A stretch of DNA of 64,000 nucleotides from Candidatus Latescibacterota bacterium (GTDB taxonomy: Bacteria > Latescibacterota > CBDEFO01), in NCBI GenBank assembly GCA_965237525.1, contig CBDEFO010000008.1, positions 1,536,001-1,600,000 on the forward strand. The letters run 5' to 3'. The notes under the pieces are model-generated. The model saw nothing but the letters and a program-made list of their open reading frames with translations, was not told the origin of the DNA and searched no databases. Position 1 is the stretch's first letter. Each line of letters starts with the position of its first letter. Shown here piece by piece: positions 52,780 through 62,639 of this stretch. Position numbers and translations under genes: made by a program.

Positions 52780-52835
52780 AAAGACGCAAGGATTCAAGAA
52801 CATTGGATATAAGAGTATAGAGACGGAGGAACCTA

Positions 52836-53873
52836 ATAGGATACATCGAGTACAAAGGAGCTATACACATTCATTCTGTCTATTCTGACGGGAGCGGGAC
52901 CGTGGAGGAGATTATGTGTGCGGCTCAGAATGCAGATTTGGATTTTATCGTATTGACCGATCATAACACGCTCAAAGCCAGAAAGGAGGGATACGAAGGC
53001 TGGCACGACGACCTGCTTGTGTTGGTCGGAGAAGAGGTTTCTCATCGCAAACAACACTGTCTGGCTGTGGGAGTAAACGGAGAGATAGATTGGAAGACTT
53101 GCCCTGCACAGATACTTAAAGATATACGAGAAAAAGGAGGACTCAGCTTCATAGCCCACCCTCACGGCAGATACCGCCCCTACTTCAGGAAAAAGCAGTA
53201 CCACTGGGAAAGCTGGCAGCCCGATTCATTCACCGGAATAGAGCTCTGGTCGTATATGTTCGACTGGGTGTCAGACTTTAGATTCTATAAATGGAGAGAT
53301 TTTATCGAGGACCCTTCCTCCAAGATAAGCGGTCCCTATCCAGAAACAATAGCTTTGTGGGATAGGCTCTGCCAAAACTCAAAAGTTGTCGCCATCGGAG
53401 GACTCGACATCCACGCTAGGAGGACGATACTCAGTAGAAAAGTGGTCGTTTTCCCCTACGAATGGGCGTTCGGAACGCTGCGGACCCGCGTCCTTGTCCC
53501 TGAAAGGTTCTCCGGAGATTCTCAAAAAGACGTTCAGCTCGTCTTAAACGCGCTCGCGGACGGACACTGCTTCATAGCCTACGACTTGCTGAGCCCTGCG
53601 GAAGGCTCTATATTGCGCATCGCCGACGGTTCAGCTATCATGGGAGATGAGGTGGAGTGGAACCCAGAGCTGGAGTTAGATGTCGTCCTGCCGCGCCCTT
53701 GTGGGATAACTATTTTTAGGGACGGAAGAAGGATCCAGAAAACTGAAGATGACAACTTTATCATGAGCGCTGACTCGCCCGGGGTCTATCGGGCCGAAGC
53801 GACACTGGATGGGAAGCCCTGGATATACTTCAACCCTATATATCTGAGAAGGCCGAAAGGGATCAAGGAATAG
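52836..53873 (+). CDS. PHP-domain metallohydrolase (CehA/McbA-like), apparent ATA start
   Basis: GAIHIHSVYSDG, LTDHN, GEE, AHP, GGLDIH; the HxH motif lies upstream of the first GTG; GGAGGA ends 5 nt before ATA 52836. Confidence 0.85.
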   Translation: MGYIEYKGAIHIHSVYSDGSGTVEEIMCAAQNADLDFIVLTDHNTLKARKEGYEGWHDDLLVLVGEEVSHRKQHCLAVGVNGEIDWKTCPAQILKDIREKGGLSFIAHPHGRYRPYFRKKQYHWESWQPDSFTGIELWSYMFDWVSDFRFYKWRDFIEDPSSKISGPYPETIALWDRLCQNSKVVAIGGLDIHARRTILSRKVVVFPYEWAFGTLRTRVLVPERFSGDSQKDVQLVLNALADGHCFIAYDLLSPAEGSILRIADGSAIMGDEVEWNPELELDVVLPRPCGITIFRDGRRIQKTEDDNFIMSADSPGVYRAEATLDGKPWIYFNPIYLRRPKGIKE

Positions 53874-54063
53874 AATTTTCTTTTAGCGATTGGATTCAGA
53901 GTTTTTAACGAGCTTCACCAAGAAGTACAAGCATCCAGTCAATATAAAGATTATTGCCTTTGAAGTTGTGAACTTCTCCTACACTTCATTTGAAAAAGAG
54001 GCCTATGGCTCAAAATGATAGGGTAGTCAGAAGAGTTAGGCCCATGTCCATGCAGTTAAGAAT

Positions 54064-54792
54064 ATGATGACTAAAATCGTTGTGATAGCCGATGTTCATG
54101 CCAATCTTCCTGCCTTAGAAGCGGCGCTAAGAGATATTCGTGGCCGAGGATATGATGTTCTTTATCATCTTGGTGAGGTGATAGGCATTGGGCCTTATCC
54201 TTCAGAATGTCTTGATCTGTTGTTGAACATCCCGAACGCTAGTTTTATCATGGGTAATCATGATAAATGGTTCATTGAAGGTTTACCCCAGCCCCGGCCT
54301 GCATGGATGAGCGATGGCGAAGTGGAACATCAACGCTGGACGCACGCTTCTATCGATCCACAGTTAAAGAATGTAGTTGCTCAGTGGCCTTATGTCATAC
54401 AAGATCGGTTGGAAGGTGTCAACACTACCTTTCTTCACTATGGGCTAAATGCATCAGGTAAGGGCTTTTCTTCAATCGTTGACGAACCAACGTCCTCGGA
54501 TTTAGACCGCATATTTGAGGAATATGATTCGCGGCTCATCTTCTATGGGCATATCCATCGTGTGATAGACATTCAAGGTCGGAAGCGTTATTTCAATCCA
54601 GGTTCTTTGGGCTGTTACGAACAAGCTTCAGCTCGTTATGTGGCGGTCGATTTCCAGGAGGGTCAATTTGCTCTTGAGCGTCGGAGCGTGACCTACGACA
54701 TCATGCCCCTCCACAAAGCGTTTGAGCAGCGGAGAGTGCCAGAACGCGACTTTATTTATCGTACATTCTTTGGTGGGCTATTGGGGGACTGA
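54064..54792 (+). CDS. calcineurin-like metallophosphoesterase
   Basis: ADVHAN, LGE.IG.GP, GNHD, GHIH, NPGS. Confidence 0.9.
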   Translation: MMTKIVVIADVHANLPALEAALRDIRGRGYDVLYHLGEVIGIGPYPSECLDLLLNIPNASFIMGNHDKWFIEGLPQPRPAWMSDGEVEHQRWTHASIDPQLKNVVAQWPYVIQDRLEGVNTTFLHYGLNASGKGFSSIVDEPTSSDLDRIFEEYDSRLIFYGHIHRVIDIQGRKRYFNPGSLGCYEQASARYVAVDFQEGQFALERRSVTYDIMPLHKAFEQRRVPERDFIYRTFFGGLLGD

Positions 54793-54922
54793 TCCCAATT
54801 ATGCGGATTTAGACATTTCGAGCACATGGCCGATGTGATCGTTTTATCAGCTCGCACTGGGGCTTGTTTAAACCATTAGCAGTTGTTTCTTGTAGTGGGT
54901 AGGAGAAGCTGCCAAGTTCTAA

Positions 54923-55363
54923 TTATTGCCGTTTGTGTAGATAGTAGTCTATCGTATTTAAGGCGATGTACCACTTGTGCATCACGTTGGCAGGGCTGCA
55001 AAAGCACCCGGCGGGATTGCAGCTTTCATCGCTCTGTAGCACATCCTCTAAATTCTGACCCACAATTTTTGTGACGCTGATGTTTTTCCTCAAAAATTCT
55101 GGGCCTTTCTCCTGAAAACTGCACGTTCTTTGCATCCCGTCGTCCTCAAAATACACTTCTATATTAGCGTCCTTTATGATATAATTGTCTTTGTCCTTCT
55201 CCAGTACGATCACGATACGAGAATCTATCTCGATCCCCCCCGACGAACACGTGCTCCCCTCGTATTTGAATGCGAAGCTGACGACTCCATTTTTGGCGGG
55301 TTCTACAGATAAGTGTTCATGCGCCCATTTTTTTAGAGTCCGTTCGTTTATGTGATATCCCAT
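54923..55363 (-). CDS. hypothetical Cys-containing protein
   Basis: 146 aa, AGGAG RBS, GSTCS, TC, CNPAGCFC, HKW. Confidence 0.7.
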   Translation of the reverse strand: MGYHINERTLKKWAHEHLSVEPAKNGVVSFAFKYEGSTCSSGGIEIDSRIVIVLEKDKDNYIIKDANIEVYFEDDGMQRTCSFQEKGPEFLRKNISVTKIVGQNLEDVLQSDESCNPAGCFCSPANVMHKWYIALNTIDYYLHKRQ

Positions 55364-55384
55364 CTTGTACCAGTCTCCTTTACA

Positions 55385-56103
55385 TCAACTCCGCGAGAAG
55401 TACTCGGATCCTAACAGTTTGTCCAAAATTTCCTTTTCGGATTTGCACCTTTGAGAGAGAATAGCTTCAAGCCTCTTGTTCTCGCGCTCTAAGATGGTCT
55501 GCTCCATCTGGAGCATGGATTCAGTGGAAACCGCTTCTAGCAACTGCTGTTTCTCCTGGGGTATTACCTGAAGCCCGGATCCCACCAGTTGAGACAGGGT
55601 CGTAGAGTCGATAGGGAACTGAAGCTCATCTGCCAGATTACCCTTAATGTCCAGCAGAAAGAATAATTGCTGTTTTAGGGGAACATCGATCACCTTCATC
55701 AGGTAAGCTATGTAATTCTTGAAAAGACCGCTGACGCTGTCGGCAAGATGCTCTGTCTTTAGGGTATCTGACGGTTCGTCCACAAGGAGTTGAACCCGTC
55801 CCACAAGATATGGTTTCTCCTGAATCATGCCTAATATTTCAAGGCGTTGGCCTCCATTCGTCAGAATGTTCATCTGCCCCTCGTTCAGCCTCTCCACGTG
55901 CACAATTTGGGCCGTGGTCCCCACGGAGTACGGAACGGCGGGTCCCCCACCTCGCTGCCGAGTTTTATGAGCGAAACTCCGAAAGTCCTGTCCCCTTCCA
56001 GGCATTTGTCTATCATAAGCTTATACCTCTCCTCAAAGATGTGCAGGGGCAATTTCATCCCCGGGAACAGGACTGTGTTTAATGGGAAAAGGGGCAGTTC
56101 CAT
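55385..56103 (-). pseudogene. Lon N-terminal substrate-binding domain protein, frameshift in G5 run at 55944-48
   Basis: MELPLFPLNTVLFPGMKLPLHIFEERY...GSEVG continues as GPAVPYSVGTTAQI with one extra G. Confidence 0.85.
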
Positions 56104-56202
56104 TTCTACTCAGTTCCTTATCGACGCTTAATTCAATTTAATATTTTGAAGAGACTCTGCTGCACGAAAGAACTGAAGGTGCATAATCACAGAAAATGAA
56201 AT

Positions 56203-56829
56203 TTAGCGAATCTTCTCCAAGACAAAAACTAGCCACTTATCTTGATCTTCAACTAATTGAGGCTTTGGCGAAAGCGGCGTCCAGTGAGGGTTAAAAATAT
56301 GGCCTAGATCGCCTTTCACCTCCCACTCATCTTCAGTTTCTTCCAGTGTTGTTAAATGATAAAAATATCTCGTCTTCTGAGTACTCAGGTTTTCACTGGG
56401 AACCCATCCTGTATAGTCATGGAGGATATACTGGATATCAGTAAAATTGTAGTATTCTGTGTATGAGATTTGCGTGAAATCTTCATGTGCAGAAATGTAC
56501 TGTACTGTAAGCCCCCTGGGCAACTTTTGCCTGTAAGGAATTGAGTTTAAGTCCGGTTCGATATAGACATAGGTATTCCTGGCTACTACTCTTTCGGCTT
56601 CCTCCAGTTCATTTTCAAGACATCCTAGGTATTCCTGGGTTTCTACGCTCTTTAGACCAGTTTCTTCGCAGACCTCTCTCCTCAGGGCAACTTCAAGATC
56701 TTCGCCTTCTGCAACCGTTCCTGCCGGGATCTGGATACCTGCGGTGGGATGTTTAAATACGAGTAGCTCTTTTACTCCATCTCTTTTCCGTATTATAAAT
56801 GCGGTAACCTTGCGGACTGCCTCATCCAT
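56203..56829 (-). CDS. NUDIX hydrolase
   Basis: PAGTVAEGEDLEVALRREVCEETGL Nudix box. Confidence 0.88.
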   Translation of the reverse strand: MDEAVRKVTAFIIRKRDGVKELLVFKHPTAGIQIPAGTVAEGEDLEVALRREVCEETGLKSVETQEYLGCLENELEEAERVVARNTYVYIEPDLNSIPYRQKLPRGLTVQYISAHEDFTQISYTEYYNFTDIQYILHDYTGWVPSENLSTQKTRYFYHLTTLEETEDEWEVKGDLGHIFNPHWTPLSPKPQLVEDQDKWLVFVLEKIR

Positions 56830-56985
56830 TCGTATTTCCCCTCAACTTTGTTGTTAAGGGGATAATAACCAGAATCCCGTCTTCGCAATAGTAAGTATCT
56901 CCATTTAATATACCAAATCAGGGGTGTAGAAAGCAATCCTTTCTTTCTACTTTGAGTCTCTTTCGTTTGGATAGACGCAGGATAT

Positions 56986-58455
56986 TTGTTATATTTACGT
57001 AGTTTTTTCGCTGTAGGAAGAACTGTCATGTTCTCGTCTGCAACCGGAGACATACAATTGCCGAGACATCGTCCCTGTTTGAATATACCAGATTTCAAGG
57101 GAAAAAGTGCCACCGTTATGGGGTTAGGATTATTTGGGGGAGGTTTAGGGGTGGTTAAATACCTTGTGGGAAAGGGAGCTAAGGTCACGGTAACCGACTT
57201 GAAGGACGAAAGTCAGTTAAAGGAGTCGGTAGATGCCCTGAAGGGACTGCCTATCAAGTGGAAATTAGGGGGACATGAGGAGGAAGATTTCAAAGGTGTA
57301 GACTTTGTAATATTCAATCCCGCCGTCCCAAAGGACTCTGAGTACGTCAAGATCGCCCAAAAAAGCGGCGCATTTTTAGAGACTGAGATGAACCTCTTTT
57401 TCAAAGGGTGTAAAGGTCGCATAATCGGTGTGACGGGGACAAGCGGCAAGACGACCACGACAAGTATGATAGGGAAGATTCTAAAAGAGTGGGACCCAGG
57501 CACATCGGTAGGAGGAAATATCGGAGAGAGCCTCCTTGAACAGATGGAAAGTATAGGCAGGAATACGCCTGTTGTGCTTGAACTTTCCAGCTTTCAGTTG
57601 GAAAGACTTAGAGCAATAGCCTTGAGTCCTCAGCTATCCGTGGTCACCAATATATCTACGAATCACATAGATTGGCACAGAAGTATGGAGGCATATATTG
57701 AGGCGAAAAGATCAATAGTGCTAAATCAAAATGAGGGTGACGTCGCCCTTTTAAATTATGACGACGATACTTTAAGAAAGTGGGAAGATTGCTGCCCTGG
57801 AGACGTTCTGTTCTTCAGCGTGGAAAGTGCCCTTGGAAGGGGTGTGTACGTCAAAGATAACTTTATAAGGGCAAGGATAGATAGAGAAGAACTTGAAATA
57901 TGCAGGTATGATGAATTGAAGATCCCGGGAGTTCATAATCTGCAAAACGCGCTGGCCGCTGTCGGGGTGGCTCTGTCTTTTGGCGTGGATGTCGAGACTG
58001 TTGCTCGCGTCCTCGGGGAATTTGAAGGAGTTGAACATCGCCTGGAATTCGTAAGGACCCTAAATGACGTGGAGTACTACAACGACTCTATAGCCACCAC
58101 ACCAGAGCGGACAGTCACCGCGTTGAAGTCAATCCAGCGGCCTGTCCTTCTCATAGCCGGGGGATACGACAAGGGAATCCCGTTTGAAGGATTGGCGAAG
58201 GTTATCTCAAAGAGGGTAAAGGTCTTATTATTAATAGGCGATGCAGCCCAACAGATAGCCCAGAGTGTCCAAAGGGAAAATAGAGACCTTTCCCTCATCT
58301 TCTGCCAATCTCTTAAGGATGCTGTTCTTGTAGCTCAAAAACGGGCAGAAAAGGGGGACGCTGTCCTGCTTTCTCCTGCGTGTGCAAGTTACGATATGTT
58401 CAGAAACTTTCAGGATAGAGGAAATATCTTTAAGGAGATTGTAAAGGGCCTTTAG
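56986..58455 (+). CDS. murD: UDP-N-acetylmuramoyl-L-alanine--D-glutamate ligase (true start probably near 57079)
   Basis: MGLGLFGGG, GVTGTSGKTTT, ELSSFQL, EHRLE, NDS.AT, LSPACASYDMF.NF..RG. Confidence 0.95.
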   Translation: MLYLRSFFAVGRTVMFSSATGDIQLPRHRPCLNIPDFKGKSATVMGLGLFGGGLGVVKYLVGKGAKVTVTDLKDESQLKESVDALKGLPIKWKLGGHEEEDFKGVDFVIFNPAVPKDSEYVKIAQKSGAFLETEMNLFFKGCKGRIIGVTGTSGKTTTTSMIGKILKEWDPGTSVGGNIGESLLEQMESIGRNTPVVLELSSFQLERLRAIALSPQLSVVTNISTNHIDWHRSMEAYIEAKRSIVLNQNEGDVALLNYDDDTLRKWEDCCPGDVLFFSVESALGRGVYVKDNFIRARIDREELEICRYDELKIPGVHNLQNALAAVGVALSFGVDVETVARVLGEFEGVEHRLEFVRTLNDVEYYNDSIATTPERTVTALKSIQRPVLLIAGGYDKGIPFEGLAKVISKRVKVLLLIGDAAQQIAQSVQRENRDLSLIFCQSLKDAVLVAQKRAEKGDAVLLSPACASYDMFRNFQDRGNIFKEIVKGL

Positions 58456-58522
58456 GCTCGTAATTGCGCTGAAATAATTCTTGACATTTTTGTATAAAAT
58501 TTGTATTAGTACTATTGTTGAG

Positions 58523-58611
58523 ATTGTTGATTATCTCCATCAACAATACTGAGGTGCAGGGAATTGACACGGGAAAAAGTGCTTGACAGTATCAGGCATT
58601 CCTCTTATATT
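58523..58611 (+). promoter_or_regulatory. palindrome ATTGTTGAT-N7-ATCAACAAT plus sigma70 promoter of the sulfur operon
   Basis: 9-7-9 IR at 58523-47; TTGACA-N17-TATATT at 58583-611. Confidence 0.6.
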
Positions 58612-58624
58612 CAATTTAGTTAGA

Positions 58625-58745
58625 TTCTCATCCAGAAAGGCTGAGGGACTGGCCCATGGAAGCCTTGGCAACCCCCGCAAGGAGAGCTTTAAGCTTGCCC
58701 TGTGAGAAGGTGCCAATTCCTACCCTTTGTAGGGAAAGATGAGAA
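58625..58745 (+). ncRNA. SAM-I (S-box) riboswitch aptamer
   Basis: TTCTCATCCAGA..GG..GAGGGACTGGCCC..GAAGCC..GGCAACC...GGTGCCAATTCC...GAAAGATGAGAA consensus. Confidence 0.95.
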
Positions 58746-58779
58746 AGGGATATAATTTGAATATAGTCTGCCCGGTAGA

Positions 58780-58807
58780 GCCCCTTCTCATCTTGAAGGG
58801 GTTTTTT
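58780..58807 (+). terminator. riboswitch intrinsic terminator
   Basis: CCCCTTC-loop-GAAGGGG followed by T6; TTCTCATCT can alternatively pair with the P1 3' strand AGATGAGAA (antiterminator). Confidence 0.85.
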
Positions 58808-58871
58808 GATGTCTCTGGATAGTGTCGAACTGTAAGCTCCATTCGGGTAGATAGATAGGAGAAGCACCAAG

Positions 58872-60110
58872 ATGAGCTGCGTCAAGGGATTGAGGTGCAG
58901 GGAGTGCAACAAAGAATATCCGACAGAGCCTCTGCATGTATGTGAGTTATGCTTTGGGCCTTTAGAGGTCGATTACGACTATGAGAAAGTTAAGGAGAGC
59001 ATGACCAGAGGGGCTATCGCGCAGAGGCCCAGAAATCTGTGGCGCTATCGGGAACTGCTTCCGGTAGAGGGTGAGACGACGTTGGGGCTCCATTCGGGAT
59101 TTACACCCTTTTTGAAGGCAGACCTCCTGGCTCGGGAATTGGGCGTCGAGGAGCTATACATCAAGGACGATTCTGTGAGCCATCCGACGTTCTCATACAA
59201 AGACAGGGTTGTCTCGGTAGCCATCTCCAAAGCCATCGAATTCGGATTCGACACCGTCTCCTGCGCCTCCACCGGAAACCTTGCAAACGCTGTTTCAGCT
59301 CATTCTGCAAGAGCAGGGCTCAAAAGATACATATTTATCCCCGCGGACCTGGAACAAGGAAAGGTCCTGGGCTCTTTGATATACGAGCCCAACCTTATAG
59401 CTGTGAAAGGTAACTATGACGAAGTGAACCGTCTCTGCAGCGAGATAGCAGATAAATATGGCTGGGCATTTGTCAATATAAATATGAGACCCTACTACAC
59501 AGAAGGCGCCAAGACTTACGGCTTTGAGATAGCCGAACAGTTCGGTTGGAAACTACCTAAACATATCGTTATCCCGACTGCTGGAGGAACCATCCTACCC
59601 AAGGTTATGAAGGGTTTCGGTGAACTGTGTAAGCTGGGTCTTGTTGAAGATGTCGGAACGAAGGTCTATTCGGCTCAGGCGGACGGATGTTGCCCGGTGG
59701 TCACAGCGATCAAGAAGGGAACAGACTTAATCGAGCCTGTCAAACCTCATACTATCGCCAAATCGATCGCCATAGGAAATCCAGCAGACGGTTTCTATGT
59801 TCTCAAAGCCGTAAGAGATAGCAGAGGATGGGCAGAATCGGCTACCGACGACGAGATCGTCGAAGGTATCAAGCTCTTAGCCAGAACGGAAGGCATATTC
59901 ACCGAACCTGCGGGGGGAACGACGGTCTATGCGACCAAGAAGTTGATAGATCAGGGGATAATCCCCAAAGATGAGTCTATTGTAATTGCTATCACCGGAA
60001 ACGGTCTCAAGACTCAAGAAGTCGTAATGGATAAGATAGGCAGCGCCAAGATTATAGAGCCGACTCTGGACGAATTTGACAAGTTAGTAGACAATAATTA
60101 CGAAGTGTAA
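58872..60110 (+). CDS. thrC: threonine synthase-family PLP enzyme
   Basis: N-terminal CxxC..CxxC, PTFSYKDR (PLP Lys), ASTGNLA, EGAKT, SIAIGNP, TGNGLKT. Confidence 0.85.
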   Translation: MSCVKGLRCRECNKEYPTEPLHVCELCFGPLEVDYDYEKVKESMTRGAIAQRPRNLWRYRELLPVEGETTLGLHSGFTPFLKADLLARELGVEELYIKDDSVSHPTFSYKDRVVSVAISKAIEFGFDTVSCASTGNLANAVSAHSARAGLKRYIFIPADLEQGKVLGSLIYEPNLIAVKGNYDEVNRLCSEIADKYGWAFVNINMRPYYTEGAKTYGFEIAEQFGWKLPKHIVIPTAGGTILPKVMKGFGELCKLGLVEDVGTKVYSAQADGCCPVVTAIKKGTDLIEPVKPHTIAKSIAIGNPADGFYVLKAVRDSRGWAESATDDEIVEGIKLLARTEGIFTEPAGGTTVYATKKLIDQGIIPKDESIVIAITGNGLKTQEVVMDKIGSAKIIEPTLDEFDKLVDNNYEV

Positions 60111-60121
60111 TACAAATTAGA

Positions 60122-61075
60122 TTGAACAGATTAGAGACAATAGGTGGCGATATACTGTCCCAGATCGGCAAAACTCCGCTCCTCAGGATAAGGAAGCTAT
60201 ATGATGGTTCGGACAGTTTGAAAAAAGGCGTCCGGGTCTATGCCAAGCTTGAGATGTTCAACCCGGGCGGCTCTGTGAAAGATCGTCCCGCGTTAAGGAT
60301 GATCGAGGACGGCGAAAAATCCGGCGAACTTACCAAAGATAAGACTATCATAGATTCCACATCCGGAAACACGGGTATCGCCTACGCTGTTATCGGCGCC
60401 GTCAAGGGCTACCGTGTGAAACTGGTAATTCCGCAAAGCGTCTCCAGGGAGAGGAAGCTTACGCTCGAAACGTTCGGCGCAGAGATGGTCTTCACCGATG
60501 CGATGGAGGGCTCGGACGGAGCTCAAATCGAATGTCAAAGGATCTATGAGCAGAATAAAGATCTATACTTCAAGCCCGATCAATATAACAATGATTCCAA
60601 CTGGAAGGCACACTACGACACAACCGGGCCTGAAATATGGGAACAGACTAAAGGTGAGGTAACTCACTTTATTACCACGATAGGGACAAGTGGAACGCTT
60701 GTTGGGACAGGAAGAAGGTTAAAGAAATATAATAAAGATATAAAGGTGATAGCTGTCGAGCCGGAGGCGTTTCACGGAATCGAGGGCTTGAAGAATATGG
60801 ATACTAACATTGTTCCGGGCATCTACGATGAGAGCATCTTTGATGAAAAGATCCAGATCAAAACCGAAGATGCATATGAGATGACCAGGAAGCTTGCAAG
60901 GATCGAGGGTGTAATGGTAGGTCAATCCTCAGGAGCCGCCTTGAAGGTCGCTTTAGACGTGGCGAGCAGGATAAATGAAGGTGTCATCGTCACAGTCTTT
61001 CCAGACGGAGGCGATAAGTACCTGAGCACGAAGGTATGGGACTTTGTGAAGAATAATGCCGGTCAGAATAGATAA
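60122..61075 (+). CDS. cysM: cysteine synthase family, CysM-like
   Basis: NPGGSVKDR, TSGNTGI, QYNN..N, GTSGT, SSGA, PDGGDKYLS; adjacent to mec and sulfur-carrier genes. Confidence 0.8.
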   Translation: MNRLETIGGDILSQIGKTPLLRIRKLYDGSDSLKKGVRVYAKLEMFNPGGSVKDRPALRMIEDGEKSGELTKDKTIIDSTSGNTGIAYAVIGAVKGYRVKLVIPQSVSRERKLTLETFGAEMVFTDAMEGSDGAQIECQRIYEQNKDLYFKPDQYNNDSNWKAHYDTTGPEIWEQTKGEVTHFITTIGTSGTLVGTGRRLKKYNKDIKVIAVEPEAFHGIEGLKNMDTNIVPGIYDESIFDEKIQIKTEDAYEMTRKLARIEGVMVGQSSGAALKVALDVASRINEGVIVTVFPDGGDKYLSTKVWDFVKNNAGQNR

Positions 61076-61514
61076 GGAAAATCAAGCAAAGATGTTCCAG
61101 CACTCTATAGAAGAATATCCCTACGAGTGCTGTGGCATAATAACCGGATCATCAGATCTTCATGTCCACCGATGTACAAATATCCAGAATAGACTGCACG
61201 AAGAAGACCCTATTAAGCACCCAAGAGACTCAAGGATAGCATACTTCATAGATCCCGAAGAGCAGTACAAGATCATTACCGAGGCTGAAGAAAAGGGTCA
61301 AGAGATCAAAGGTTTCTATCATTCTCACCCCGATGGGGGAGCTTATTTTTCCCAGGAAGACACCCAAAGGGCCCTGTTCTTCGACGAGCCTGCATACGGA
61401 GGAGCGTTCTATATTGTAATATCTGTAACGGAGGGAAAAGTACAGGATGCAAAGTGCTTTGCGTGGAACGAAAAAGAGAGAACCTTTGAGGAGGTGGGTC
61501 TGGAGGCCGTGTGA
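61056..61514 (+). CDS. JAMM/MPN+ metallopeptidase (Mec+-like)
   Basis: YPYECCG, YHSHPD....SQED. Confidence 0.92.
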   Translation: MPVRIDKENQAKMFQHSIEEYPYECCGIITGSSDLHVHRCTNIQNRLHEEDPIKHPRDSRIAYFIDPEEQYKIITEAEEKGQEIKGFYHSHPDGGAYFSQEDTQRALFFDEPAYGGAFYIVISVTEGKVQDAKCFAWNEKERTFEEVGLEAV

Positions 61515-61574
61515 ATAGTGCAGTGTGTGCCGTTTTGCCTTTCGGGAATCCAAGCATGTCTAACATAAGGAGGG

Positions 61575-61880
61575 TTGAAAATGAGCATTACAGTCAGGGT
61601 ACCTACTCCCTTGAGGAGATTGACAGATAATCAGCCTAGCGTCGAGGTAAACGCTTCGACCGTGATTGAGGCTATTGACCATTTAGAGTCACAATTTGAG
61701 GGTATAAAGGAAAGACTCGTAGACGAGAGCGGGGAGATAAGACGCTTTGTCAACGTCTATGTCAACGATGAGGACATAAGGTTCTTGGACGGGAAGGATA
61801 CCATCCTAAACTCCGGAGACAGCATCTCTATAGTCCCGGCGATCGCCGGAGGAACGTCGGCTGCAAGAGCCAAAAACTAA
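61575..61880 (+). CDS. MoaD/ThiS/CysO-type sulfur carrier with C-terminal extension
   Basis: VPTPLR, FVNVYVNDEDIRF, PAIAGG followed by TSAARAKN. Confidence 0.93.
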   Translation: MKMSITVRVPTPLRRLTDNQPSVEVNASTVIEAIDHLESQFEGIKERLVDESGEIRRFVNVYVNDEDIRFLDGKDTILNSGDSISIVPAIAGGTSAARAKN

Positions 61881-61956
61881 ACCACAGGGGCAAAAGGAAG
61901 TATACCGCAGATCCCGAAGTGGCCAGGGAGACCTCCGTTTCTGTGGTCAAAAGGAG

Positions 61957-62214
61957 ATGATGAAGATGTCGGAGGAGATAAACCGAAGGTTCTATCTCAC
62001 CTTCTCAAGTGAACTGATAAAAAAGCCGATAATACATGAGATCGGTCACAAATTCAAGATTGTGACGAACATAAGGACAGCCAGTGTCTCAGATGAATTG
62101 GGGCTTGTCGCTCTGGAGATGATAGGGGAACACGATGAGATCGAAAAAGCGGCGTCTTACCTCAAAAAGCTCGGGGTGATTGTAGAACCTATAGAAAAGA
62201 GTGTGGTCGAATGA
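61957..62214 (+). CDS. stand-alone NIL-domain protein
   Basis: LTF...LIKKPII.EIG..F.IVTNIR.A.V....G.V.LE..G. Confidence 0.85.
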   Translation: MMKMSEEINRRFYLTFSSELIKKPIIHEIGHKFKIVTNIRTASVSDELGLVALEMIGEHDEIEKAASYLKKLGVIVEPIEKSVVE

Positions 62215-62639
62215 GACTTTCAGCCAAGACAGATTACGGTGTAAGGGCGATATTCGATTTGGCTATGAACTACGGTCAAGGGCAAGTCCAAGGCGCCGAC
62301 ATAGCCCGAAGGCAGAATATCCCCGAACAGTACCTCGTCCAGCTCCTGACGCTCTTAAGGAGGGCGGGATACGTGAAAAGTCTAAGGGGTCCTAAAGGGG
62401 GACATACCATAGCCAAAGAACCTTCCGCGATCACTGTGGGGCACATCGTGGAGCTTCTGGAAGGTCCAATAGACCCTATAGAAGTACCCTTAGATCCTCA
62501 AAATGGAGATAATTACGTCCTTCAGGAGGTCTGGAACGACCTGAGAGAGGCTATTATCAAGATGCTGTATTCCATCAACTTTGGTGAGCTGTGCGAACGA
62601 AAGAGACAAAGGGACAAAAGCCTCACATTTCACATCTAA
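62211..62639 (+). CDS. Rrf2-family regulator (CymR-like, lacks the three Fe-S cysteines)
   Basis: MRLSAKTDYG, IP..YL.Q....L..AG.V.S.RG..GG, ITVG.I...LEG. Confidence 0.92.
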   Translation: MRLSAKTDYGVRAIFDLAMNYGQGQVQGADIARRQNIPEQYLVQLLTLLRRAGYVKSLRGPKGGHTIAKEPSAITVGHIVELLEGPIDPIEVPLDPQNGDNYVLQEVWNDLREAIIKMLYSINFGELCERKRQRDKSLTFHI

